Below, one piece after another: positions 8,017 to 16,945 of a DNA stretch of 27,949 nucleotides. Origin of the DNA: Thermoanaerobaculia bacterium (GTDB lineage: Bacteria > Acidobacteriota > Thermoanaerobaculia > Multivoradales > UBA5704); NCBI GenBank assembly GCA_044226625.1, contig JBGAGQ010000078.1:1-27949 (forward strand). The letters run 5' to 3'. Made by a program: the position numbers and the translations under genes. Numbering within the stretch: the stretch's first letter is position 1; each line of letters begins with the position of its first letter. The notes beneath the pieces were generated by a model that was given only the letters and a program-made list of their open reading frames with translations, had not been told where the DNA came from and searched no databases.

Positions 8017-8982
8017 GTGAAAATACCACGTATATCACTCGCTTCTGGGAAATCCATTCGATATCGCTTACGCGAGCGGTGGATTGTCTGGCTCGAGCTG
8101 CGACAGGCGCGGTTTCGCGAAGGGCTTGAACTTGCCTCGCGGGCTCTTTGTGTCTCTCCCTCAGTCTTTCAATTTGTGGGCTACGGCGGAAGCTCCGTTG
8201 TCTTCCGAGCGCCTAATGTAGAATTCGGCGAGGTCGCGGTCAAGATTCCTCGATATGGTCAACGTGAAAGCGGTGAATTCGGGGGCGCAGAAGCCTCGCT
8301 GAGAAGAGAAGGGCAGGTACTGGCCGCGATTGGATCGTCGGAATTTCTGCCCCGACAGGTCATAATCGATGTTTCTGGCCGTTTTTTGGTTCGCGAGTAC
8401 GTTAGTGGCCCGACATTGAAGGATGCTACGATTCGTCCGTCCCGACCGCTCAGGACTGTTCACGACTTGCTGGCTCTGGCGCGATCACTCTTCCCACGAA
8501 TTCATGATGCACCGGAAGGTCAGTTTGTAATCCGTGATCTAAAGCCAAGTAATATTATCCGTACAGAGCCTACAGATCGCCTAGTGCTGGTAGATTTAGG
8601 AGGTGTGCGACGGGCGGGTGAATGTGCAGTACTCGATGGAGGGCGGCGGCTCGGAAGCGGTAAGTGGCTCTTCTGGGCGCCTGAACAACTTCTTGCGGGA
8701 CCAGCTGTTGGCCCAGCAGCAGACTACTTCGCATTGGGCGCGTGCGCGTTTTTTGTATTGTTAGGGAGACCCCCCTTTTCAAATTCGCGCGCAGTGCACT
8801 GCGACGCACGGAAGGCATATCTGACGGAATATGCCGTGGCAAGCAGGCAACTGCGGGCTTCAGCATCCCTGCTGGGTCTCGATAGCTGGCTGGTAAGTTT
8901 CATTGATTCTTGCCTCGATCCGAGAGTCGAACAAAGGCCTATGTCGCTGCCACCTGCAAATGAAGGTGGTTGGGAGCGTTAA
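8017..8982 (+). CDS. Hanks-type Ser/Thr protein kinase
   Basis: GYGGSSVVF Gly-loop, VAVK, IRDLKPSNII catalytic loop, DLG, WAPEQL, ADYFALG, C-terminal RP. Confidence 0.92.
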   Translation: MKIPRISLASGKSIRYRLRERWIVWLELRQARFREGLELASRALCVSPSVFQFVGYGGSSVVFRAPNVEFGEVAVKIPRYGQRESGEFGGAEASLRREGQVLAAIGSSEFLPRQVIIDVSGRFLVREYVSGPTLKDATIRPSRPLRTVHDLLALARSLFPRIHDAPEGQFVIRDLKPSNIIRTEPTDRLVLVDLGGVRRAGECAVLDGGRRLGSGKWLFWAPEQLLAGPAVGPAADYFALGACAFFVLLGRPPFSNSRAVHCDARKAYLTEYAVASRQLRASASLLGLDSWLVSFIDSCLDPRVEQRPMSLPPANEGGWER

Positions 8983-8984
8983 TA

Positions 8985-10190
8985 ATGCTGCGAATCATGC
9001 TGATTTGTGAATCGTATCCACCAGCTATGGGCGGAGTAGCTACCTCCGCGAAACGCATATCGATGCACTTGGCGCGATTGGGACTGGATGTAGTACTCGC
9101 TACCTTTGACGGAACTAAGCCTTTAGACGTTAGTGATTACTGCTTGGAGGAGACTGATGAGGGGGTGCAGGTCTGTCGCTTTGGCCCATTCTTCCTGAAG
9201 AATATCGATCCGCGAGCAACTCAAATGTCTGAGAAGCATCGCGCGATGTTAAGGCGAAGAATTTTTAATCAAATGGCAGCGCTTTGCAAATCGCGACCTC
9301 CGGATTTAATTTTTTCAATGTATCTCCTGAATGCAGGGTTTATGGCAGCGCTGCTAGCCAACGCTCTTGGTTGCCCGCATATTGCGGGTGTGCGAGGTAA
9401 TGATGTGGGGCGAAATATTTTTGACATTGAACGATTTGGTGTAATTTCGTGGACTTTGCATCAATCGCTGAAAATAGCGTGCGTAAATGAGCACCTACGC
9501 TCACGTCTACTGATTGCGTTTCCCGAGTTGAGGGAACGCGTCGTCATCGTACCCAATGGTGTTTTGACGCCTACGATCGAAACAGAGCCTGGTGCCCGAG
9601 CGAGCCTTTTGGCGAACACGGGATGGGCACCAGACGTTTTTGTCGTCGCCTTTGTAGGGACGCTCCGTGAGAAGAAGGGGATCGTGTCTATGCTTGAAGC
9701 CGTGGAGAGTCTTCCGGAATCAACTGATCTGAGATTGATACTCATTGGGCCGCCGCTTTCGGGTGTAGAGCAACACCTAGCCGGTCAAAGACTCAATCGT
9801 TTGATTGAAAGCCATCGAGTTCACTTAACCGGGCAACTTCCTCGCGAGGAGGTGGGCCAATGGCTGGATGGCGCCGATGGAGTGCTGATGCCCAGCGTCG
9901 ACGACGGTATGGCCAACGGGTTGCTCGAAGGGATGGCCCGGGGAAAGTGCCCCGTGGCTTCAGTTGTTTTTCGCGACCTCTTGCAAAATGGAGAGAATGG
10001 AGTTGTGCTTCCAGACACATCACCGCAGGCTATAGCTTTTGCGCTTAGCGAACTCTCTCGTGATCGCGTACGAGCTGCTCGATTAGGCGTAGCTGCACGC
10101 GAAACTGTGTTGAGAAACCATACCCCTGAGGAGGAGGCGCGGCGCTACATGGATCTGTTCTTGAATACTGTCGCCGAGATAGATTCGTGA
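8985..10190 (+). CDS. GT4 glycosyltransferase
   Basis: ESYPPAMGGVA, VRGNDV, VPNGV, FVGTLREKKG, PSVDDGMANGLLEGMARG. Confidence 0.92.
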   Translation: MLRIMLICESYPPAMGGVATSAKRISMHLARLGLDVVLATFDGTKPLDVSDYCLEETDEGVQVCRFGPFFLKNIDPRATQMSEKHRAMLRRRIFNQMAALCKSRPPDLIFSMYLLNAGFMAALLANALGCPHIAGVRGNDVGRNIFDIERFGVISWTLHQSLKIACVNEHLRSRLLIAFPELRERVVIVPNGVLTPTIETEPGARASLLANTGWAPDVFVVAFVGTLREKKGIVSMLEAVESLPESTDLRLILIGPPLSGVEQHLAGQRLNRLIESHRVHLTGQLPREEVGQWLDGADGVLMPSVDDGMANGLLEGMARGKCPVASVVFRDLLQNGENGVVLPDTSPQAIAFALSELSRDRVRAARLGVAARETVLRNHTPEEEARRYMDLFLNTVAEIDS

Positions 10191-11278
10191 TCCCGGTATT
10201 CAGGCCTGCACTGCCAGCATGCGTCTTGGAGGCCTCACGTATAGCTTTGGAATCGCGCTGGTGGGGCTATGGCCCTCGTTGCGGTGACCTGGAGAACGTC
10301 TTTGTCTCAGCGTGGAACGGCGCTGCGCTTGCAACGTCCTCTTGCACCTCGGCTTTGTATCTTACTGCGCTTGCCCTGCGTGGGCGGGGAGAAGAGATTA
10401 TCGTTCCGGCCATCACATTTCTATCTACACCAATGGCATTCGCACACGCTGGCTTTAGGGTTCGCCTTGCAGATGTTTCGGAGAATTTGCTGTTGGATCC
10501 CGCTGCTGTAGAATCACTCATTAGTCCACGAACCGCGGCAGTTGTGGCAGTCCATCTATATGGGCAGCGCGCTCCGCTAGAGGAATTGGAAGCCCTGTGC
10601 CGCAATCACGGCGTGATTCTGGTGGAGGACAGAGCTCATAGAATCGGTTTAGAAGACCCTCCGTTAGGCGATGTAGTTTGTCTAAGTTTTAATGCAGTGA
10701 AGGAACTCCCCGCTGGAGAGGGAGGACTATTCTGGAGTCGAGAGAGTGCAATGAGCCAGAAGGCTCATCGCGGATCCTATCTTGCCATGGGCCTGGACAC
10801 GTGGCAGCGGAGTCGCGACCCACTGCATAGTGAGTATATCTTTGACGAAGGGACGGGGCTAAAACTTCGCCTCAATGATCTTGCGGCGGCGCTCGCGCTT
10901 TCCCAAATTGACACCCTGCGGCAGACGAGCCAGCGGCGTCAGGACCTCTTAGAACATTATTGTCTGGCCTGCCAGGAGACGAGTGCCGCTTTTTTTCTGC
11001 CGGAACGGCACCAGGGAGACTCGTTCCTGATGGCTGTCGCGAGAATCCCCGAAGCACAGAGAGGTCAGGTTCGAAGTATTCTTGCTTCTCTGGGTGTAGC
11101 CACTGCGATTCACTACCCCTCATTAACAGAGCACTCTCTCTTCAGTAATTCAATCTGTCCGACAGCGGATCGCTTAGCACGTGAGGTTTTGACCTTGCCT
11201 AGTTCTAGCGATCTCACGGATGAAGAGATAGCACATGTGGCTTCCGCGCTACGTGTTGCTGCGAGAGTTTTCAGATGA
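10187..11278 (+). CDS. DegT/DnrJ/EryC1/StrS PLP-dependent sugar aminotransferase
   Basis: SSCTSALYL, IIVPAITF, VHLYGQ, VEDRAH, SFNAVKELPAGEGG (PLP Lys), IHYP, LTLP; GTGA overlap with the previous gene. Confidence 0.93.
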   Translation: MIPVFRPALPACVLEASRIALESRWWGYGPRCGDLENVFVSAWNGAALATSSCTSALYLTALALRGRGEEIIVPAITFLSTPMAFAHAGFRVRLADVSENLLLDPAAVESLISPRTAAVVAVHLYGQRAPLEELEALCRNHGVILVEDRAHRIGLEDPPLGDVVCLSFNAVKELPAGEGGLFWSRESAMSQKAHRGSYLAMGLDTWQRSRDPLHSEYIFDEGTGLKLRLNDLAAALALSQIDTLRQTSQRRQDLLEHYCLACQETSAAFFLPERHQGDSFLMAVARIPEAQRGQVRSILASLGVATAIHYPSLTEHSLFSNSICPTADRLAREVLTLPSSSDLTDEEIAHVASALRVAARVFR

Positions 11279-12321
11279 GAGTCGCGCTATTCATAAAGAA
11301 ATTTCTCGAGCCAACGCATCATGCAATTGCATTGGTGGTCCAGCAACTGGTTGAGCACAGGTATTGGGTGTTCGCTCGGCGGTTCGGCTTCGCTACCAAC
11401 TTCACGATCGAGAACGTTATAGAAACTATATGCTACGATCGCGGGTTTCCTGTAGAGCTGCGACACTTGCACCCAGATTTGGTTCATGCAGTTTTTGACG
11501 GCAATCTAGCGCTGCGTGCGGTGGTCGCGGCCAAGGAATTGGGTTTGCCTTCCATACTGAGTTTCCATGGAGGCTTCGATACGAAGGCAAAGATTGCCGA
11601 TCCTCTCTATCGCGAAATAACACGACAATGTGCTGAGACGGCCGCGCGCGTGACCGTTGTCTCAAATGCAGACGCAGAGCGCTTGAGGCAGATTGGCATA
11701 TTGCGTCCCGTGGATGTCGTCCGAGTACCGATCGACCTGACGCGATTGCCGTCCCAAGTACGACGTACTCCCGGTAGGCTCATAGCTATAGGCCGACTCG
11801 TTGAGAAGAAGGGTTTCGATATCGCTTTGCGGGCGCTCTCACTACTACCGGAACGGTACAGGCTTACGATAGTCGGCGAGGGTGACTGCGACCACGCTTG
11901 GAAGCAGCTGGCTTCCGAGCTGGGAATCGAAGGGCGAGTGGAATGGACTGGCCTCCTTTCCCTTGATGACTGCTTGAAAGCTTTGTCGCGGGCTTGGGTA
12001 CTAATTCATCCAGGTGCGGTCGGACAGGATGGTAACGCTGAGGGTACGCCTCAAGTGGTATTGTGGGCGCAGGCGATTGGAATCCCGGTGGTTTGCGGTT
12101 CCAGCGGTGATCTCCCAGAGCTTGTTTCTAATGACTTATCCGGGCTTCTTGTGAAGGATTGTCGCTCCGAGAACTTCGCTGACGCAATCATGCGGCTGGA
12201 ATCGCCAGTCCTCCAAGAGATCGTAATTGATAACGCAAAAGAGTTGGTGAAGGTTCATTCGATAGGGTATGTAGTCGAGAAATGGCGCCAGATTTACCTC
12301 GCGGCTGCCTCGCAAAAATAG
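11275..12321 (+). CDS. GT4 glycosyltransferase (WcaL-like)
   Basis: SFHGGFD, IGRLVEKKGFD, DGNAEGTPQV, GIPVV; ATGA overlap with the previous gene. Confidence 0.9.
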   Translation: MRVALFIKKFLEPTHHAIALVVQQLVEHRYWVFARRFGFATNFTIENVIETICYDRGFPVELRHLHPDLVHAVFDGNLALRAVVAAKELGLPSILSFHGGFDTKAKIADPLYREITRQCAETAARVTVVSNADAERLRQIGILRPVDVVRVPIDLTRLPSQVRRTPGRLIAIGRLVEKKGFDIALRALSLLPERYRLTIVGEGDCDHAWKQLASELGIEGRVEWTGLLSLDDCLKALSRAWVLIHPGAVGQDGNAEGTPQVVLWAQAIGIPVVCGSSGDLPELVSNDLSGLLVKDCRSENFADAIMRLESPVLQEIVIDNAKELVKVHSIGYVVEKWRQIYLAAASQK

Positions 12322-12334
12322 TTCTTGGCGTTGG

Positions 12335-13387
12335 TCAGGGTACACTACTGAATGTAGGTTCCGCGCCGCTAAGCCCCCCCAACACCCCCGCCACCCACCG
12401 TTCGACCATCCCCCCCCGCCACTGAGGCTGAAAGTCCGTATTGTCGAACGGAGTAGCCACCTTCCGCGCCAACCCCGCCGCCTCCGCAATCGACTCCTCC
12501 GTCAGCTTCTTCCCGACCAACGCCGCACCCGCCTCCTCGGCAGCGCTTGGCGCGGACGCGACGGCCCCCAGTACGATATTCGCCTTCGTCACAACCCCGC
12601 CGCCGTCCACCCAAACCGCCACTGCCGCCGAAAGCACCGCAAAGTCGATCGACCCTCTTCTTCTCAGCTTCCAGAACACCGACCGACAGTGCCCCGCGTC
12701 CGCCTCCCCGGGCAGCAGGATCTCCGTCAGGATCTCCTCCGGCCGCTTCGTCAGGTAGTCGATCCCATCGTTCCGATACAGCTCTCCGATCGGAATCATC
12801 CGCTCGCTAATCCCGTTCCCGCCACCCCCACCTCCGTCCCGCGACACCAACCTCACTCTCGCCCCCAACGCCTGAAGCATCGGCGCGGCATCGGACGCCG
12901 TATGCGCCAGGCACTTCGGCGAGCTGGTGGCCACCCAGCAGGTCTTCCCCTTTTCTTTCAGGCAGTAGTCGATGCCCCTACGCCAGTCTTCGGTCTGGTC
13001 GTAGTAGGTGCAGCGGGTGTCGAGGCAGAGGTTGCCGCCGAGGGTTCCCATGTTGCGGAGCGGGGGAGAGGAGATCGATTCGACCGCTTCGGCGAGGGCG
13101 GGGTAGCGGGCTCGGACGTCGGGGTGGCTTTCGACGTCGGAGAGGAGGGCGGTCGCTCCGATGCAGAGGTCGCCGTTCTCGGTCGTGGTGATCTCCGAGA
13201 GTCCCGGGATGCCCATCAGGCTTACGACGGTCTTCGCCTCTTCGTGGCGGCGCTTCAGGTTCGGCCAGAGGTCAGTGCCTCCGGCGACGAGGCGGACGGG
13301 ACCGTGCTCGGCGCTCTCGGCCAGAATCGCGGTGACTTCCTCGATCGATTTCGCCGCGACGTAGCGGAACTCGGGCAGGCGCAGCAT
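12335..13387 (-). CDS. FAD-binding subunit of xanthine dehydrogenase-family enzyme, 4-hydroxybenzoyl-CoA reductase beta-like with [4Fe-4S] insert
   Basis: AGGTDL, RNMGTLGGNLCLDTRC, Cys pattern C-X15-C-X7-C-X8-C, KLRRRGSIDF. Confidence 0.92.
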   Translation of the reverse strand: MLRLPEFRYVAAKSIEEVTAILAESAEHGPVRLVAGGTDLWPNLKRRHEEAKTVVSLMGIPGLSEITTTENGDLCIGATALLSDVESHPDVRARYPALAEAVESISSPPLRNMGTLGGNLCLDTRCTYYDQTEDWRRGIDYCLKEKGKTCWVATSSPKCLAHTASDAAPMLQALGARVRLVSRDGGGGGGNGISERMIPIGELYRNDGIDYLTKRPEEILTEILLPGEADAGHCRSVFWKLRRRGSIDFAVLSAAVAVWVDGGGVVTKANIVLGAVASAPSAAEEAGAALVGKKLTEESIAEAAGLARKVATPFDNTDFQPQWRGGMVERWVAGVLGGLSGAEPTFSSVP

Positions 13388-15976
13388 CTACCGCTCCTCC
13401 AACTTCGTGGTGAGCGCCTTCTTTTGCTTGAGCGCCTCGTCGCGGGAGCTCATCGTGCCGGTCGCGGTGCCGCGCATTCCGGAGCGGAGCTTGCCGCGGA
13501 ATTCGTTGATCGCCGTGCCGTCGCCCCCTTCGGCGGGGGTGGGAACTAGCAGCGTCTCGCCGTAGTCGATCTCCGGGAAGCTCTTCGGGCCGTAGCGCGG
13601 CTCGTTGCCCTTCTTCTTCGCGTCGAGCGCCTTGAGCACCATGTGTGGATGGATCGGCACCTGGTCGACCCGGGCGCCGACGGCGTCGTAGATCGCGTTG
13701 GCGACGGCGGGGAGGATCGGCAGGAGGGGACCCTGGCCGACTTCTTTGGCGCCATAGGGGCCTTGCGGGTCCGGATCTTCGATCAGGTAGGTCGTCACCG
13801 GCGGCATGTCGAGAAAGGTCGGGCTCTTGTATTCGAGCATCGAGGGGAATTTGTGCACCAGGGCGTTCGAAAGGTGACGCGGCAGCCGGCGGAACGCCTG
13901 CTCTTCCATCATCACCTCGCCGAGCCCCATGTAGACGCCCCCTTCGACCTGGCCGACTGCGAGCACCGGATTGAGGGCGCGGCCGATGTCGTGCGCGATC
14001 CAGACGTGGAGCGGTCGCCAAAGGCCGGTCTTCGGATCGGCTTCGACCTCCACCACGGCGGCCGAGTAGGAGTAGGTGGGGGAGGGGCCGACGCCCGAGC
14101 CGCGGTATTTGCCGGGCGAGCGAGGCGGAATGTAGGAGCCCACCGTGCCGAGCGTGCCGAAGCGCGCCTCCGCGGCGATCACCGCGTCCTGGAACGTGAG
14201 GCTCTTGCTCGGATTGTCGGGATCGGCGGCGTCGAACACGCGTCGCTCGGCGAACACCAGCCGGTCGGGCGGGATTTCGAGCTGCTGGCCCACCGCCTGG
14301 GCGATCAGATCGCGCGCCCGCTCGGCGGCCTGGAGGGCGGCGTTGCCCATCATCAGCGTCACGCGCGACGAATAGCTGCCGAGGTCGACGGGGGTGAGAT
14401 CCGTGTCGGCGACGCACAGGCGAAGGTCCGAGAGATCGATGCCGAGCACCTCGGCGACGATTCCGGCGAGCACCGAGTCGGAGCCCTGGCCGATCTCCGC
14501 CTCGCCGCAGAAGACGGCGACCGCGCCGGAGCGATCGAGCTTCAGCTGCACGCCGGATTGCGGCATGTGGTTCCAGTAGATCGGCAGACCCGCGCCGCAG
14601 AGATACGAGCCGCAGGCGAGGCCGAGGCCGCGCCCCTCGGGGAGCTGGCCCCACCGTTCGCGGAAGCCGCTGCCGGCGACCACCGCCTCGATGCAGCGGT
14701 CGAGCGAGACCGTGCCGAGCTTCAGCCAGTTGGCGGTCGTCGAATCGGGAGCGACCAGCATCTTCAAGCGGAAGTCGGCGGGGTTTTCGCCCAGGGCGAC
14801 CGCGATCTTGTCGAGGTGGACCTCCAGGCCGAACCGCGGCTGTGGCGTGCCGTGCCCCCGCTTCGGACCGCAGGGGGGCTTGTTGGTGAAGGCGCGCAGA
14901 CCGTCGAACCGGTAGGCCGGCATCTCGTAGGTCACCGTCTCGAGCGCGCCGGTGTAGTAGGTCGAGGCCACGCCGTAGCTGCCGTAAGCGCCTCCGTCGA
15001 GCGCGGTTTCGAGATGGTGCGCGGTGATCTTGCCGTCTTTGGAGATCCCGGTCTTCATCCGCATCTGGACCGGGTGGCGGCCGCGGTGGCAGTAGAAGAC
15101 CTCCTCGCGATGGAGGACGATCTTCGCGGGTCGTCCCAGCTGGAGCGCCATCTTCGCCGCCACGATCTCGTGATTGAACGGATCGGACTTGCCGCCGAAG
15201 CCGCCGCCGTTCGAGCAGGCGATCACGCGGATGCGCGAGGCGGGTAAGCCCAGCACCTTGGTGAGCGCGCGGTGCAGGTAGTGCGGCGTCTGGGTCGACG
15301 ACCAGACGGTGACGCGATCGTCGTCCTCCGGCACGGCGACGGTCGCGTGCTGCTCCATCGGCAGGTGGGTGTTCCCCTCGTAGAAGAAGAGATCCTCGAA
15401 GATCCAGTCGGCGCGCTCGAAGCCTCCTTCGATATCGCCGAAGCGCATCGAAACCCGTTTGTGGACGTTGCCGACGTCGGCGTGGTCGTGGAGCTGCGGC
15501 TCCGGCGTCGCGATCGCCTGCTCGACCGTGGCGATCGTCGGGAGCGGGTCGTATTCGACCTCCACGGCGAGAGCCGCTTCGTAGGCCGCATCTTCCGTGG
15601 TCGCGGCGACGGCGGCAACCGGGTCGCCCACGAAGCGGACCCGCTCGGGACAGAGCGCGTGCTCGTCCATCGAGACGGGAAGGATGCCGAACGGCTCGGG
15701 GGTGTCGGCGCCGGTGAGGGAGCCGAGATAGCCGGGGATCTTCTCGGCTTTCGAGAAATCGATCCGGCGGATCGTGCCGTGCGGGATGCGGGAGCGGACG
15801 AGCTTGACGTGGCACATGCGGGGGAAGGTGAGGTCGTCGGCGAACTTCGTGGTGCCGGTGACCTTCGCGCGGCCGTCCACGCGCCGGAAGGGAGTGCCGA
15901 TCCAACGATTCGGCCGATCGGCCGCGGGCTCCGGGTCGAGGAGGGGATCGTCGTCTTGGCGTAGCGGCTCGGCCAT
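13388..15976 (-). CDS. Molybdopterin-binding subunit, 4-hydroxybenzoyl-CoA reductase alpha-like
   Basis: AKVTG, GGGFGGK, GGAYGSYG, RGHGTPQ, IGQGS, GSYSSR, GQVEGG, GAKEVGQG; start taken at ATG 15976 because the upstream ORF extension runs through a repeat. Confidence 0.93.
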   Translation of the reverse strand: MAEPLRQDDDPLLDPEPAADRPNRWIGTPFRRVDGRAKVTGTTKFADDLTFPRMCHVKLVRSRIPHGTIRRIDFSKAEKIPGYLGSLTGADTPEPFGILPVSMDEHALCPERVRFVGDPVAAVAATTEDAAYEAALAVEVEYDPLPTIATVEQAIATPEPQLHDHADVGNVHKRVSMRFGDIEGGFERADWIFEDLFFYEGNTHLPMEQHATVAVPEDDDRVTVWSSTQTPHYLHRALTKVLGLPASRIRVIACSNGGGFGGKSDPFNHEIVAAKMALQLGRPAKIVLHREEVFYCHRGRHPVQMRMKTGISKDGKITAHHLETALDGGAYGSYGVASTYYTGALETVTYEMPAYRFDGLRAFTNKPPCGPKRGHGTPQPRFGLEVHLDKIAVALGENPADFRLKMLVAPDSTTANWLKLGTVSLDRCIEAVVAGSGFRERWGQLPEGRGLGLACGSYLCGAGLPIYWNHMPQSGVQLKLDRSGAVAVFCGEAEIGQGSDSVLAGIVAEVLGIDLSDLRLCVADTDLTPVDLGSYSSRVTLMMGNAALQAAERARDLIAQAVGQQLEIPPDRLVFAERRVFDAADPDNPSKSLTFQDAVIAAEARFGTLGTVGSYIPPRSPGKYRGSGVGPSPTYSYSAAVVEVEADPKTGLWRPLHVWIAHDIGRALNPVLAVGQVEGGVYMGLGEVMMEEQAFRRLPRHLSNALVHKFPSMLEYKSPTFLDMPPVTTYLIEDPDPQGPYGAKEVGQGPLLPILPAVANAIYDAVGARVDQVPIHPHMVLKALDAKKKGNEPRYGPKSFPEIDYGETLLVPTPAEGGDGTAINEFRGKLRSGMRGTATGTMSSRDEALKQKKALTTKLEER

Positions 15977-15983
15977 CGGGTTA

Positions 15984-16156
15984 CCCCCCCACCTGTCCTC
16001 CCCCCACAAGGGGGGGAGGGACGACTTCGGGCGACGTTGCCGACCGGAAGCGCTGGAGCCCTTCGTCCCTGCGTCGCTCCAATCGCCGAAGGAACCCTTC
16101 TCCCGTAGGGCGCTTTTCTTCCTCCCCCCTTGTGGGGGAGGACCGAGGTGGGGGGG
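15984..16156. repeat. Pair of inverted REP-like palindromes (REPIN-like)
   Basis: CCCCCCCACCTGTCCTCCCCCCACAAGGGGGGGAGGGA (15984-16021) and TCCTCCCCCCTTGTGGGGGAGGACCGAGGTGGGGGGG (16120-16156); each is a hairpin and they are near reverse complements. Confidence 0.85.
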
Positions 16157-16182
16157 CTAGGCGCATCGCAATGGCCATGGCG

Positions 16183-16836
16183 TCAGGCTCCCTCTTTCTC
16201 GGGTTCGCCCGGATCCACAGCCTTTACCCCAGGAAGGTGAGGGAACGGCAGGACCGTGTGCTCCGCAGAATCCATCGCAGGGGTCGCTTCTCTCCCGGGA
16301 AGAGGGGGCAGCGGTGCCGGCGCTCCATAGAGCACCTCGCGTGGCGGCACCCACGCCTCGCCGCGCAACAACGCCGCCGCGCCCTCGACCGCCTGGACGA
16401 TCTTCCAGTAGCCGGTGCAGCGGCAGAGGTTGCCGGCGAGGGCGTTGCGAATCTCGTCCGTGGTGGGCGAGGGCTTTTCGGTGAGCAGCGCCTTCGCGGT
16501 CATCAGGAGCCCGGGGGTGCAGTAGCCGCATTGGGCGGCGCCGAGGTCGGCGAAGGTCCGTTGGAGCGGATGGAGGGCGTTGCCGTTCTGGAGTCCTTCG
16601 ACGGTCTCGATCTTCCGGCCGTCCATGTCGGCCGCGAGCACGAGGCACGAGAGGATCGGCCGGCCGTCGACCAGCACCGCGCAGGTGCCGCATTCGCCGA
16701 GCTCGCAGCCGTGTTTCGTGCCGGGCAGCGCCAGCTCCTCACGCAGGACTTCGAGCAGGGTGTGGTGGGTGGGGAAGACGGCCGCTCGCCGCTCGCCGTT
16801 CACGTCGAAGATCAGAGAGGTCCATCCCGCTTCCAT
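16183..16836 (-). CDS. [2Fe-2S] small subunit (CoxS/CutS/HcrC-like) with Pro-rich tail
   Basis: GTKHGCELGECGTC, SCL, QCGYCTPG, GNLCRCTGY; AAGGAG RBS before ATG 16836. Confidence 0.95.
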   Translation of the reverse strand: MEAGWTSLIFDVNGERRAAVFPTHHTLLEVLREELALPGTKHGCELGECGTCAVLVDGRPILSCLVLAADMDGRKIETVEGLQNGNALHPLQRTFADLGAAQCGYCTPGLLMTAKALLTEKPSPTTDEIRNALAGNLCRCTGYWKIVQAVEGAAALLRGEAWVPPREVLYGAPAPLPPLPGREATPAMDSAEHTVLPFPHLPGVKAVDPGEPEKEGA

Positions 16837-16945
16837 CGATCCGACTCCTTCCGCCCAGCCCAGCGCATCGCAAAAAGATCGCACCCGAACGTCATCCTAA
16901 ACCCTCGGCGGGCGGCTCGCTCCGCCCTTCGAGGTGTAAGTCGCC

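Noticed and set aside
6467-12321. Ordinary O-antigen/EPS cluster
   Set aside because: No flippase, polymerase, priming transferase or NDP-sugar dehydratase is recognisable, and it contains a Hanks kinase
12335-16836. Assigning hcrABC or xdhABC gene symbols
   Set aside because: Subunit architecture is HBCR-like but active-site motifs differ and there is no pathway context, so the substrate is unknown
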